Assembly: GCA_963815195.1 (NCBI GenBank)
Contig: CAWFGE010000015.1
Coordinates: 704,001-768,000 of the forward strand
Origin: an uncultured Planctomycetaceae bacterium
Lineage (GTDB): Bacteria; Planctomycetota; Planctomycetia; Planctomycetales; Planctomycetaceae
Direction: 5' to 3'
Length of the DNA stretch: 64,000 nucleotides
Within the stretch, counting starts at the first letter, position 1. Every line of letters starts with the position of its first letter. The notes under the pieces are model-generated. The model searched no databases. It saw nothing but the letters and a program-made list of their open reading frames with translations, and was not told where the DNA came from. The translations under genes were made by a program, and so were the position numbers. Positions 20,609-33,656 of the stretch are shown here, in pieces.

Positions 20609-22072
20609 TCATCGCGCGGTCAGCCCCAGGCTGCGCCGATAGCTTTCGACGACCTTCGATCTGTCGAGCTTTTGCTCGATTTTCCGCCATTCGTCCGCCA
20701 CGGATTCCAGAATCTTCGCCTCGTTCCCGTCTTCCGCGATGGCCTGCGTTAGGCCTTTCGTGAGCGCCCCCCGGAAAGCGGATTGCCCGATCACCGGCAA
20801 CTCCATGACGAGTTGTTGGTTTCTCAGGGATTCCGCGACCGTGTCGGCGTATTGCTGGCTTTCGACCGTCGTGAGTTGGGGTCCGGTCCACGCGGACGGT
20901 TGCTGGGCCTGCGACTCCCGGCAGAGGCTGACCACGTCGGCGGGATAGCTCGCCGGCAGTTGATCGACGGCCAGGTAGCGGACGAATTCCCACGCGGCCC
21001 GCTCGGTCGCCGGCTCCAAATGGGCCGCGACGCCGAACGCCCATCCGGTAAATCCGGTGTAGGTCACGCGGTGGATGTTGCTCTCGTTCAATTCCACCCA
21101 GTTGTCGATCGACGTGTTATAGACCCGCGTGCTCCCCGGGAGTGGGCGAATCCCGATTTGCAGATCCTCGCCGCGCGGAATGGCGCTGCCGCGGTCTGTT
21201 TCATAAGCAATCGCGAGCGCGGCCCGGCCCTCCAGAATTTCCCGCCGGCAGTCGGCGGGGGTCATGGTTTTGACGTCCTCCGGCATCTTGGCGAGGGCCG
21301 CCTTGGCGATTTTCAGACTTTCCAAGAAGCCCGGATTGGCAATCAGCGGCTCGCCGGTCGAGAGATTGAAGCAGAACGAAAACTGGTCGGGATGCTTCGC
21401 GACCGAGGCGGCCCGGGCCAAAAACAGGCTCGCCCGGAACGATTCGCCCCACGGTTCCACGGCCGAGAGTCCCGGCGCCCAATCGTCGAGTGTCTCCAAA
21501 AGATTTTGATATTCGCTCCAAGTCCCGGGCGGCTTAAGGCCGGCTTTCTCGAACAGATCCTGCCGAAAATACAAGACCAGCGTCGGGCAGGAAACGGGAA
21601 CGAGCATCGGCTTGCGGGACACCGAAGCCGCCCGCGTCCGCAATCCCTGGAGAATATCCAGCCAATCCAACTGCTCCCGCTGCTCAAGTGCCTCCGGAAT
21701 CCCTTGCAATCGGTCCGACGCCGCCAACTCCGGCACGGCGGACCAGGGGATCAAAAACACCTGCGGCCGGCCGTTGGCTGCGGAGGTCGATTTCTTCAGA
21801 ACACCGGGAAACGCGGTCGAATCGTCCGGGAGGGAGTATTCGTCCAGGCGGACGTCGGCCTGCGTCAGGTCGCTCCACTCGTTCACCGGCAGTTCCCAAG
21901 CGGTCGGCAACCCCAAGCCGCGAGGAACCGCCACGCTCAGCGTCTTTCCGGCGAAGGGGATTCTCGAAGCTTCGCCCTCGGCGTTCTCGGACTCTGTTTT
22001 CCCACACCCGCCGCAGCCCGCGAGGCACGTTAACAGGAAGCACAAAACTCCTGCCCGAAGTTGTCTGATCAT
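20609..22072 (-). CDS. Extracellular solute-binding lipoprotein (ABC sugar-binding type)
   Basis: Lipobox LAGC and LYFRQDLFEKAGLKPPGTWSEY (SBP family 1 signature). Confidence 0.8.
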   Translation of the reverse strand: MIRQLRAGVLCFLLTCLAGCGGCGKTESENAEGEASRIPFAGKTLSVAVPRGLGLPTAWELPVNEWSDLTQADVRLDEYSLPDDSTAFPGVLKKSTSAANGRPQVFLIPWSAVPELAASDRLQGIPEALEQREQLDWLDILQGLRTRAASVSRKPMLVPVSCPTLVLYFRQDLFEKAGLKPPGTWSEYQNLLETLDDWAPGLSAVEPWGESFRASLFLARAASVAKHPDQFSFCFNLSTGEPLIANPGFLESLKIAKAALAKMPEDVKTMTPADCRREILEGRAALAIAYETDRGSAIPRGEDLQIGIRPLPGSTRVYNTSIDNWVELNESNIHRVTYTGFTGWAFGVAAHLEPATERAAWEFVRYLAVDQLPASYPADVVSLCRESQAQQPSAWTGPQLTTVESQQYADTVAESLRNQQLVMELPVIGQSAFRGALTKGLTQAIAEDGNEAKILESVADEWRKIEQKLDRSKVVESYRRSLGLTAR

Positions 22073-22302
22073 GGATACTTTTTCTTTGGAGTGGTGATGA
22101 CATCGAAAGTCGCCCTTCGCGGAACGACCGGCGACTTTCCTTGTTCATGGTGATTCGTCTTTTGCGAATCGGCAAGTGATTTGGAGCGGTTCCTCGGAAT
22201 TTCGTGGGGAAACGAGTCGGGGCGGGGGATTGTTCTTCCGCGGGACGCGCGCGTAAGATCTTAAGGCGATCCGTTTCCCTTAAAAAACCCCCCGAGACAC
22301 CG

Positions 22303-23818
22303 ATGACCGCTTCCGCTCTCAAACTGCCTCTGGAAATCCCCGGACCGCCGGTTTGGGGACCGGTGGGGCGATGGCGGCAGATGCTCTGGTTCGCCCGGGA
22401 TTCCATCGGCCTGGGGATTGAACTCTTTCACAAATACGGCCCGGTGGCGGCGATTGCCCAGGGCGGCGGCACGCGGTTGATGTCGCCTTATCCGAATTGT
22501 CCCGGCAGCGTGCTGGCGTATGGCCCCGACTTGACGCAGGAAGTCGCCACCAACCACGAGGTGTATCACAAATTCCACTTGAGCGGCCGAATGCACCCGC
22601 TAGGCGATGACCGACCCAGCCGAGCGGGGCTCAAGCAGTTCGGGGCCGGGTTGTTCGCCGTCAACGAGGACGAACACCGCCGGCACCGGAAACTCATGGC
22701 CCCCGCGTTCTACAATTCCCGCATCGCCGGCTACCGCGATGTGATGGTCAGTATTACCCGGGAAGCCTTAGAGCATTGGCGGCCCGGCGAGGTGTTGGAC
22801 ATCCAAAAGGAAATGCAAGACATCGCCCAGGGCATCGCCAGCAAAGCTTTGTTCGGCGAAGACCTCGCGGCCCAAGGCGACGAGATGACCAGCACGGTCC
22901 AGGACGCCCTGTTGATGATCGCCGCCCCGCTGGTGCGACTCTTGCCCTATAACGTGCCGGGCCTGCCTTACCGCAGACTGCTCCGGGTCGCGCAGAATGT
23001 CTTACGACCGGACAGAGGGCATCATCGCCCGTCGCCGGGCCATCGGCACCGATGGGAACGATGTGCTTTCCATGCTCATCAAAGCCCGGGACGAAGACGG
23101 CGGACTGACCGAAGACGAACTCATCGGGCACGTCGGCGTGCTGTTCGCCGCGGGGCACGAAACGTCCGCGAACGCGCTGACCTGGACGCTGTTTTTGCTC
23201 TCGCAGCATCCAGAGATTCACGCCGACCTCTGCGATGAAATCGCACTTGACCTAGGCGACAGCCTGCCCACGGTGGAGGTCTTGGAGCAGATGCCGTTGT
23301 TGGAGCGGGTCGTCAAAGAGAGCCTGCGAATCTTGCCACCGGTGCCTTGGAACGGGCGGATTTGCTCGCGGGACACCGAACTCGGGGGCTACCATTTGCC
23401 GGCGGGCTGCGAAGTGCTCGCGAGCATCTACCACACGCACCACATGCCGGAACTCTATCCGCTGCCCGAGCGCTTCGATCCCGCGCGGTGGGAAACGATC
23501 ACGCCGACGGGCTACGAATACCAGCCCTTCAGCGCGGGGCCGCGAATTTGCATTGGGGCCGGGTTTGCGATGCTGGAAATCAAAATCGTGCTCTCGATGC
23601 TGCTCTCGCGGTTCCGCGTGGAATATCTGCCGAATCAAACCATCCAGCGCTGCGGCACGATCGTCTCCGCCCCGCGCTACGGAATGAAAATGAAAATCCA
23701 CCCGCCCGACCGCCAATTCTCCCAAGGCGTCGGCGGCGTGAAAGGCAACGTGCGCGAAATGGTCGATCTTGAGGGAAATCCCAATGACCAAATCCCAATG
23801 ACCAATGGGAAACGGTGA
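22303..23818 (+). CDS. Cytochrome P450 (apparent indel ~22995)
   Basis: HRRHRKLMAPAF, I-helix AGHETS, K-helix ESLR, PERFDP and heme motif FSAGPRICIG, split over two ORFs. Confidence 0.9.
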
Positions 23819-23911
23819 AACTTGAACCGCGGCGTTGCCGAGAGCTTGGGGGGCGTGGTATTTTGAGCGCCTGGAGTTTGTTTCGCCAATCACTGACTAT
23901 TGATAGTTTTT

Positions 23912-24376
23912 ATGATTTCCCTCAAAAATATCTTGATGCCGACGGATTTCAGCGACACGTCGCTCTTGGCGGCGGAGTATGCCGTGGAGCTCGCAAAGCG
24001 GTTCTCGGCGACGATTCATCTGTTGCATGTCATTGAAGAACCCATCGCCACGATTCCCCTTCTGGAAACTTACGGGGCCCCCTCGAAAGAGGAATACGAA
24101 GCGGCGGCCCAGGCGATGCTCGACAACTGGCCGCTGCCGGACGGGGCGGAGGAATGCACCATCATTCGCCGGTGGCACCACGGCACGCCGTTTTTACAAA
24201 TCCTGCACGATGCCCGCGACCACGACATCGACCTGATCGTGATGGGCTCGCACGGCCGGGGCATGATGGCCCACATTCTTCTGGGGAACGTCGCGGAAAA
24301 AGTTGTCCGCAAAGCGAGTTGCCCGGTGTTCACGGTGCGGCCGGAAGGTCATCAATTCGTCCATCCCGCCGAGTAA
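23912..24376 (+). CDS. Universal stress protein (UspA family)
   Basis: NILMPTDFS...DLIVMGSHGRG...LLGNVAEKVVRKASCPV. Confidence 0.92.
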   Translation: MISLKNILMPTDFSDTSLLAAEYAVELAKRFSATIHLLHVIEEPIATIPLLETYGAPSKEEYEAAAQAMLDNWPLPDGAEECTIIRRWHHGTPFLQILHDARDHDIDLIVMGSHGRGMMAHILLGNVAEKVVRKASCPVFTVRPEGHQFVHPAE

Positions 24377-24398
24377 CCCCAGACGGAACATCGCCGCC

Positions 24399-26024
<1,626 letters not shown>

Positions 26025-26031
26025 GCATCGA

Positions 26032-26112
26032 CTAAGCGGCCGGGTACCCGCTGGGTGGCGACCCGCCGGTTCTTCGAATTGGAAAACGCCGGCGGCTACG
26101 CCGGACCGCTCA
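26032..26112. repeat. Repeat family G palindromic element
   Basis: TAAGCGGCCGGGTACCCGCTGGGTGG...GCCGGCGGCTACGCCGGACCGCTCA is an inverted homolog of 48623-48712. Confidence 0.65.
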
Positions 26113-26211
26113 GTGTTTTCTTCGTCCTTGTTGCTGGTTGGTTGATTGGGATTGCCGCTCGGCGATGATACAATCGTCTCGGTTTTCGCTTTGCTTTTCT
26201 GGATGTCTTTT

Positions 26212-28156
26212 ATGAAACGCATCTCTTGCTGGCTGCTGTTCTTGGTCCTTTCCGCGTTCCCGGCGCTGGGCATTGCGAAGGATCGGCCGAATGTTGTTTT
26301 GTTTCTCGTCGATGACATGGGCTGGATGGACAGCACGCCCTACGGCTCGAAGTATTACGAGACGCCGAGCATGCAGCGGCTGGCCAAACAGTCGATGCGG
26401 TTCACCGATGCCTACGCGCTGCCGCTCTGCTCGCCGACGCGGGCGTCGATTTTGAGCGGTCAATATTCCTCCCGCCATCGGGTGACCTCCGCGAGCGGCC
26501 ATCGCCCCGCCGCGCCCGCGAATGCGTCGCCTTATCCCGAAAAGGCCCCGCCCAACAAGCGGTTCCTGTATGCCGAGAGCAAGAACTATCTCGATCCAAG
26601 CCTGACGACTCTCGCCGAGGTCTTGCACGAAGCGGGCTACCGCACCGGGCATTTTGGGAAATGGCATCTGGGGTTGAGCCGCGAGCATTGGCCGGACAAG
26701 CACGGCTTCGACGTCGCCTTTCACGCCCAGCCCAGCCCCGGCCCGCCCAGTTATTTTTCGCCTTATGGGGTCTTCAAAGACGGCAACCCCAGCGGCCGGC
26801 ATCACGTCGGCACGATCACCGACGGACCCGACGGGGAATACATCACCGACCGCCTGACGGACGAGGCGATCCAGTTCGTCGAAGCCAACAAGAACCGGCC
26901 GTTCTTTTTGAACTTCTGGCATTACGGAGTTCACGGCCCCTGGGGTCACAAGGAAGAATACACCGCGGAGTTTGCCAAGAAGACCGACCCGCGCGGCCGG
27001 CAGCGGAATCCGATCATGGCGTCGATGCTCAAAAGCGTGGATGAAAGCCTGGGCCGACTGCTCCGCCGGACTCGACCAACTCGGCCTCGCGGAGAACACC
27101 CTGTTCATCTTCTACTCCGACAACGGCGGAAACGTGCACAGCAACACGCCCGACAGCCGGCAGATGCAGAACATCGGACCGAACCATCCGAAATGGGCCT
27201 TCGTGCAGGATTGGAAGAAATGGGCCGGCCCGGAACCGCCCACGAACAACGCTCCGCTCCGCGAAGGCAAGGGCCGGATTTACGAAGGCGGACAGCGCGT
27301 GCCGCTGATGATTCGCTGGCCCGGCAAAATCGAGCCGGGCTCGATCACCAATGCCGTCGCGGGGCCGATCGATCTTTATCCGACGATCCTGGATGCGTTA
27401 GGCATAGCCAAACCCAAGTCGCAGATCATCGATGGGGAATCGCTGCTCCCGGTGCTCACAAACACCGGCGGCCTCAAACGCAAAGCCTACTTCACCTGGT
27501 TTCCGCATTTGATTCCCGCGGTCTCGGTTCGGTGGGGCGATTGGAAACTCATCCGCCGGTTCGAGCCTCATCCCGACTATCCCGAGGTCCGCGAACTCTA
27601 TGATCTCAAAAACGACATCGGCGAAACCCGCAATCTGGCCAAGGAGATGCCGGACAAGGTGAAAGAACTCGACGTTCTCATCGACCAGTTCGTGAAGGAC
27701 ACGGGGGCGCTTTATCCCAAACCGAACCCCGCCTTCGCGGAAACAGACATCACCGCCGGCCTCGTGCCCCGGAAGTGCAAGCTCGCCAAAGCCCGAGGCG
27801 CGATTCGCGTCGTCGGCGAAGGCCGGCTGCCTTTCCTCGGCACCGCGGGCGGGAAACTCAGCGGCCCCGTCACGCTCAAACTCATCGCCCGCAGCACCGC
27901 CGGCGGCGAAGGCCGGCTCCAATGGAAAACCAAGACCCAGGAAAGTTTCCCGAGCACCGGGCAGACCATGCCTTACAAACTCCCCGCCGGCGACGACTGG
28001 CAAGAGATCGAGGTCACGCTCCCGATCCAAGGGGACGCGGGAGTCATCCGCCTTTACCTTCCCGCCGAGGACACCGCCGTGGAGCTTCGGTCGATTCGCT
28101 ACACGGATAAAACCGGCCGCAGCAAAACCTGGGATTTCTCGGGAATCGCGCCCTGA
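26212..28156 (+). CDS. Secreted formylglycine-dependent sulfatase (apparent indel ~27063)
   Basis: Signal peptide, PNVVLFLVDDMG, CSPTRASIL, GYRTGHFGKWHLG, SDNGG and YEGGQRVP. Confidence 0.92.
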
Positions 28157-28415
28157 GATTCCGAATCCACGCCGTCGCAGCCGTCGCGGAAAGCCAGCCC
28201 TTTCTCGTGCATGCCGCTTTGATACATTGAAGGGCATTGATGCGTTTCCACGGTATGTGACTTGAAGTGCGCGAAAATCTTCTTTTGACCAAAACTGGAC
28301 CTTGACATCTTATTTCCCGCCGGGTTATGCTCGTGGAAATTGGATGCGTTGGTCCTGTTAAGCGGCCGCGCGTGGTCTTGGTTGGGTGTGCCCCTCTCTT
28401 TCGAAAGGATGAGCC

Positions 28416-28965
28416 ATGATGAGAAGTTTTTCGCTGCGCCGGATTGACGGCGGTGGTGTGCTTGACGCTGTTGACGACCGGTTGGATTGTGTCCGCGGAG
28501 CCGGCGAAGAAAAAGGAAAAAACTCAGCCTCCCAAAGCCGCGGTGGAGCGGACCCGCAAGACGGTGAAGATGCTCGACGACGTTTACAAGTCCGCGATCG
28601 TGCTGATCACCGACAAATATGTGAATAGTGAAAAGGACTATCCCGCGGGAAGCGCGGCCATCGATTTGTTCGCCGCGATCCAGAAGAAAGGCTGGCACGA
28701 AGTCCGGCTGCTCGATGTCACGGGCGAGCCTTACGATCCCGAAAACGTCGCCAAGGACACCTTCGAAAAAGCCGGCGTGAAGCAGATGAAAGCCGGCAAG
28801 GATTATTACGAAGAAATCATCCAGAAAGACGGCAAGCCCTACTTGCGGGCGATGACCCCGGTTCCGGTGGTGATGCAGAAGTGCGTCATGTGCCACCCGC
28901 ACTACGCCGATGCCAAAAAAGGCGAAGCCATCGGTGCCGTCAGCTATACGCTGCCGATCGAGTAG
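28416..28965 (+). CDS. DUF3365-type c-heme-binding exported protein (apparent extra T ~28430)
   Basis: Signal peptide, DTFEK, YLRAMTPV and the CxxCH motif CVMCH. Confidence 0.8.
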
Positions 28966-28972
28966 CCGGCGT

Positions 28973-30436
28973 TCAATCCGCTGTTTGCAACCGCCCGGCG
29001 ACGGCGTCCATCGTCGGGCGGTCGGCGGCTTCGCTGGCGAGCATTTCGGCGAGCAGCGGCCGGAACGGGGCGGGCGCTTGGGCGGACAATTCCTCCGCGA
29101 GCGCCTCGCTTTGCAAGTGCACTAAGAGTTGGATGACATTGTTTTCCACAAGCGCCCGCCGCCCGGTGAGCATTTCAAACACAATCAGGCCCAGGGAGAA
29201 CACGTCGCTTTCCGGCGATGCGGCTCCGCCCGTGGCTTGTTCGGGGGACATATAGGCCGGCGTTCCGGTGAGTCCCAAGGCGTTCGGGTCGTTCTCCAAT
29301 AATGTGTCTTCCACATTGAAGGGATATTGATCAATCGTGGTGGTGCGGTTGTCCTCGTACGCGAGTTCGCTTGTTTCAGGCATGGCGGGACCGGTCGCGG
29401 CGCGGTAGGTGCGGGCCAGGCCGAAATCCAGAATCTTGACAAGATCGTTGGGCAGGACGATCACATTGGCCGGCTTCAAATCGCCGTGCACGATATTTTG
29501 CTGATGGGCCGCCGCCATTCCAGAAGCGATCTGGCCCGCGAGCGAACCCACCCGTTTGGCCGGGAGAGGCTGTTTTAGAACTTCGGTCAAATGCTGGCCG
29601 GAGAGCAATTCCATCGCGATGGAGGGCACGCCGTCTTCCTCGTCGACCGAATACACGGTGCAGATGTTGGGATGCGACAGGCGGGCCGCGGACCGGGCTT
29701 CGGCAAGCACGGCTTCGCGGGAGGTGGCGAGTTGGCGTTTGAGGATCTTGATCGCCACGTCGCGTTCGAGCCGCAGGTCCCACGCCGCGAACACGCTCCC
29801 GAACGTGCCGTCGCCGATCCGCCGGCGAATCCGGTAATGCCCCAGCACCTGGCCGGGTTTGAGGACGGCTTCGGGGTCGAGCGTGCCGTCGGCATTGGTC
29901 CACGAAGCCGGGCATAGCCCGCCGGTTTGGAGGGCATCGAGCACGCGGAGCACTTCGGAAGGACTGCGGCCCACGTTCAAGTTGTGGATCACCGCATATT
30001 GCAACACGCCGGCCGGGTCGATCACGAACAGGCCCCGCAGCGCCACCTGTTTGTCGCCGTCCCAAACGCCGAACGCCCGCGCCGCCTGGCCTTTGGGGTC
30101 CGACGCCAACGGGAATTGCAGCGGTCCCAACCCGCCTTCGTCGCGAGGCGTCTCCAGCCATTCCCGGTGCAGGGAAAGCGAATCCACGCTCACGCCCAGA
30201 ATCTGGCAGCCGCGTTTTTGAAAGTCCACGTATTGAGCGCTGAAGGCCACGAGTTCGGTCGGGCACACGAAGGAGAAATCGCGGGGATAAAACAGGAGGA
30301 TCACCCAGTCCCCGGCGAAATCGGACAGCCGGACCGTGCGCGGGCTGGGACTTTTCCAATCGACGCATTCCAGCCCAAAATCCGGTGCCTGATGATTGAC
30401 CACTCCCGCCACCGCCTGTCTCCCCGTGTCCGCCAA
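28973..30436 (-). CDS. 2-Cys peroxiredoxin (AhpC/Prx1)-Ser/Thr protein kinase fusion
   Basis: FYPRDFSFVCPTE, LRGLFVIDP, GRS and LCPASW, then IGDGTFGSV, VAIK, HGDLKPAN, DFGLA and GTPAYMSPEQ, all in one uninterrupted ORF. Confidence 0.88.
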   Translation of the reverse strand: MADTGRQAVAGVVNHQAPDFGLECVDWKSPSPRTVRLSDFAGDWVILLFYPRDFSFVCPTELVAFSAQYVDFQKRGCQILGVSVDSLSLHREWLETPRDEGGLGPLQFPLASDPKGQAARAFGVWDGDKQVALRGLFVIDPAGVLQYAVIHNLNVGRSPSEVLRVLDALQTGGLCPASWTNADGTLDPEAVLKPGQVLGHYRIRRRIGDGTFGSVFAAWDLRLERDVAIKILKRQLATSREAVLAEARSAARLSHPNICTVYSVDEEDGVPSIAMELLSGQHLTEVLKQPLPAKRVGSLAGQIASGMAAAHQQNIVHGDLKPANVIVLPNDLVKILDFGLARTYRAATGPAMPETSELAYEDNRTTTIDQYPFNVEDTLLENDPNALGLTGTPAYMSPEQATGGAASPESDVFSLGLIVFEMLTGRRALVENNVIQLLVHLQSEALAEELSAQAPAPFRPLLAEMLASEAADRPTMDAVAGRLQTAD

Positions 30437-30650
30437 ATGTTAAAAAGGTCCGGCTCCCGGATTTTTCCGTCACTCGATTTTAGCGAGTTTCCGGCCGCGG
30501 TACAGATGTTGGGATCGCAGAATCAGGGCAGAATCTTGAAAGCCAGGGTAAACCGTATCATTCCTTCGCCCGAAGCGCAAATTTAGAAGTTGCGACTTTT
30601 AGCTGCGAAGCGGCGGCTGCAGATCGCCTTGGGCAGTAAGCCCAAGGATC

Positions 30651-31089
30651 TCAACCGAAGCGGATCGACCACAGGGTAAGGAGCACCAAAGGCACGTGCA
30701 GCGAGACGATGAGCCAGAACACGATCTGAAATTTGAGCTTTTGCGTCTTGTGCCGAAATGTCCGCTGGCCGATGAGTCCGCCCGGCCACCCGCCGAGAAA
30801 CGCGAGCCATTGCAGCGTGGCTTCGGAAATCCGCCAGCGGTCCAGGGCGGCCCGGCGTTTGTCCAATCCGTACGCCGTAAAACACAGCACGCTTCCCAAT
30901 ACCGTCGCTCCCAAATACAACCCGACCAGCCAAGGGCAACTCAGCGAATCCCAGCCGACGAGCCACACAAAAGAGCAGCGTCGCTACCGTCAGCCAGCCC
31001 GCGCTCCCCCACAAAACCCAGCGGCCGATCTTCCGCCGCCAGGCCTTCGGCAACGCCGCGTCTTTCGAGATCACAATATCCTGCGCCAT
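30651..31089 (-). CDS. DUF1294 membrane protein (apparent indel ~30970)
   Basis: YGLDKRRA...WRISEATL...GGWPG...FRHKTQK. The N-terminus lies in another frame and joins at an A run. Confidence 0.8.
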
Positions 31090-31192
31090 CAGCGGAGCCC
31101 CGTCTCCGAAGCGTAAGTGTCAATTGCTTAAACATCCCATTGTCGGGATTTTTCCCCGAAAGTCGAGTGCGTTTCGGATTCTGAAACGATTT

Positions 31193-31309
31193 AGAGCCGC
31201 GCACGAAGTCAGCGGATTGAATCGTGGATCCCGCTTACTGCGTGCGCGGCTCTTTTCTTCGTTTCGGATCCCGCTTACTGCGTGCGCGGCTCTTTTCTTC
31301 GTTTCGGAT
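31193..31309. repeat. Repeat family B (GAGCCGCGCACGAAGTAAGCGG) inverted pair plus exact 40-bp tandem duplication
   Basis: Forward copy at 31195 and inverted copies at 31231 and 31271. The 40-mer at 31226-31265 is repeated at 31266-31305. Confidence 0.85.
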
Positions 31310-31318
31310 TTCGGGTTT

Positions 31319-33021
31319 TCACGACCGGCGGTTGTTCAAGCGTTGGCGGTAATACTTCAGTCCGGGCAGGAAGAAGCACAGCGCGGAGACGATGCCGAAC
31401 AGCGTCAGGCTCAAATTGGGGATGCCGTATTTTCGCGAGAGCATCGGAAACAGCGCCATCGGCAGCGCGGTGAGGAACAACGCAACGGCCTGAAAATAAA
31501 ACATGCCCGAGAGGATGCCCGCTTTCACCAGGAACACCATCCCGGAAATCAACCCCAGGACAGGCGAGAGTTCGAGCACCGGGAGGCCGAGGATCCATTC
31601 CACGAAATAAAGCCCGGTGTCCGCAACCATGCTCGCCGCCCAGACGTGGGCGATTTGGCGTTCGACAAAGGTAATTGGGCCGGACCGCCGGCGGAGGTTC
31701 CAGAAGATCGCCGCCCAAATCCCCAACCCGACGCACCACAGGCCCATGTAAGGCAGCCGCGATTCGATGTCCCGCAGTTCCATCCAATTCGTCACGATGG
31801 AGAGCCCCAACAGCACGAGGGCGTGCCACATCCATAATAGGCCCCAATTTTCGAGGACGCCCGCGTGATGCGTCTCGCGAAAGGCCCGGCTGAGAATTTG
31901 CGAAAACTGCGACGACCGCACCGAAGGCGTTTCGTGATTCTGCACCGCCCGCAGGTCCGCTTCCAAATCCGCCGCCGACGCGTACCGCAAGTCCGCCGGC
32001 TTTTGCAGGCACTTGAGTGCGATCATTTCCAGATCGGGATCGGCGGTCTGGTTGAGCCAACGCGGCGGCAACGGATCCTGCTCGAGAACCAAGAGCACCG
32101 TATCCAAAGGCGAAGCCGCCTGAAACGGCGCCCGCCCGGTGAGCATCGCGTACAAGACCGCCCCCAGGCTGTAAACGTCGGTGCGGGCGCTGAGTTCGCC
32201 CCGCTGGCCCGCGGCTTGCTCGGGGGCCATGTAGCCCGGCGTTCCCAGGATCGCCCCGCTTTGGGTCAGGCTCTGGGCGAACAGCGATTCCCCCGGCTCG
32301 CCGCCGTCCGAGGCCACCCGCTTGGCCAGGCCGAAATCCGTCACATAAGGCCGGCCCTGGTGGTCGATCAACACGTTGGAAGGCTTCAAGTCCCGGTGCA
32401 ACACGCCCTGGCGATGGGCCTCGGCGATCGCGTTGCAGATGGGGATCAAGAGTTCGATCGCCTCTTTCGTCGATAAGGGGCCGTCCACCAACCGCCGGGC
32501 GAGCGTCGTGCCTTCGACGAGCTTCATGCTGAAAAACGGATGGCCGTTCTGCTCGCCGACTTCGTAAACCGGGACGATGTTGGGATGATTGAGCCTCGCG
32601 GCGGACTCGGCTTCCGCGCGGAACCGCCGGACATCCGTGGGCGTCGCCAAATCGGACCGCAGAATCATTTTGACGGCGACGATCCGGCCCAAGCTGATCT
32701 GCCGGGCGCGAAACACCACGCCCATCCCGCCGCGGCCGATTTCCTCCAGGAGTTCGTAATCGCCGAACCGTTCGCCGACGGGATTTTGAACGGAAGCCCG
32801 CGCCGCGGACGAAGCGGGCAGCATCTCCGGCGAGCAGATTTGCGTGGGGGCGCTCCGCCCGCGAAACTGCCGAAGCCCTCGGCGATCCTCGCGGTCGCGT
32901 ACAACTCCCGCAGTTCGCCCGCGAGTTCGGGATGCTCCGCGCTCACCGCGGCCCAATCCGGCTCCTTCGAACCGGCCAAGAGTTCCTCCAGCACATTCGC
33001 CAATCGCTCTTCATGCTCCAT
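31319..33021 (-). CDS. Ser/Thr protein kinase with C-terminal multi-TM domain (apparent indel ~32850)
   Basis: IGRGGMGVV, VAVK, HRDLKPSN, DFGLAK, GTPGYMAPEQ and about 6 C-terminal TM helices. The N-terminal HPELAGEL helical segment is in the adjacent frame. Confidence 0.9.
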
Positions 33022-33082
33022 GTCGAACGTCCACCCGCAAACCCCTCTTCGTTCGTCCGCGATCGTAACAATTTCGGCGAAT

Positions 33083-33145
33083 GCTGGGGGCTGTGGCCGA
33101 GAGAGAAAAAACTCACACGGCCCCAGGCCTCGAATCTCCTTTTTT
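33083..33145 (-). repeat. Repeat family F copy 2
   Basis: Reverse complement matches 2385-2447. Confidence 0.75.
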
Positions 33146-33180
33146 AATCTCCAAGAAACACACCATGCCAGGCACACAGC

Positions 33181-33216
33181 AAAAAAGCCCTCTGGGACGC
33201 ACCAGAGGGCTTTTTT
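33181..33216 (-). terminator. Intrinsic terminator downstream of rpsU (bidirectional form)
   Basis: AAAAAA-GCCCTCTGG-GACGCA-CCAGAGGGC-TTTTTT. Confidence 0.85.
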
Positions 33217-33240
33217 ATTACCTATCAATGCCGGTTATGG

Positions 33241-33441
33241 TCAGCCGTTGATTCCTTGGAGTTGAGAAATCCGGGCGCGGCGTTCGGCCCGGCGGCGGGA
33301 GCGGCGTTTCGTGTCGCTCGGCTTTTCATAATATTCGCGCCGCCGCATTTCTTTTTTGATTCCTGCGTGTTCCACCAACTTCCGAAACCGCTTCACCGCA
33401 TCTTGGACCGATTCGTTCTCTCGCAGACGCAACTTAACCAC
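33241..33441 (-). CDS. rpsU: 30S ribosomal protein bS21
   Basis: [14 protein letters not shown]...[16 protein letters not shown]. Confidence 0.95.
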   Translation of the reverse strand: MVKLRLRENESVQDAVKRFRKLVEHAGIKKEMRRREYYEKPSDTKRRSRRRAERRARISQLQGING

Positions 33442-33656
33442 AAACGGCTCCTTAACTTAAAATCACTTTGAATCGTCACGAAAAACCTCCCACCAATCGA
33501 GCCAGTTGACGAAAATGCAGGCCTCGTCAAAACTGCCAAGGCGCACACAACATGCGCCAGACGGGAATCGTCTCCGCCAACTATAGCAAATGGAGGGGAG
33601 ATTGCAAATCTCCCGCAGCGAAGTTGTCCGCGTTGTTTTCGAGTTGGCCGGATGGC

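Noticed and set aside
22303..23818. Biosynthetic gene cluster around the P450
   Set aside because: Neighbours are a USP, a DASS transporter and a solute-binding protein; no scaffold enzymes or precursor peptide seen.
31226..31309. Possible CRISPR repeat pair
   Set aside because: Exact 40-bp tandem duplication with no unique spacer.
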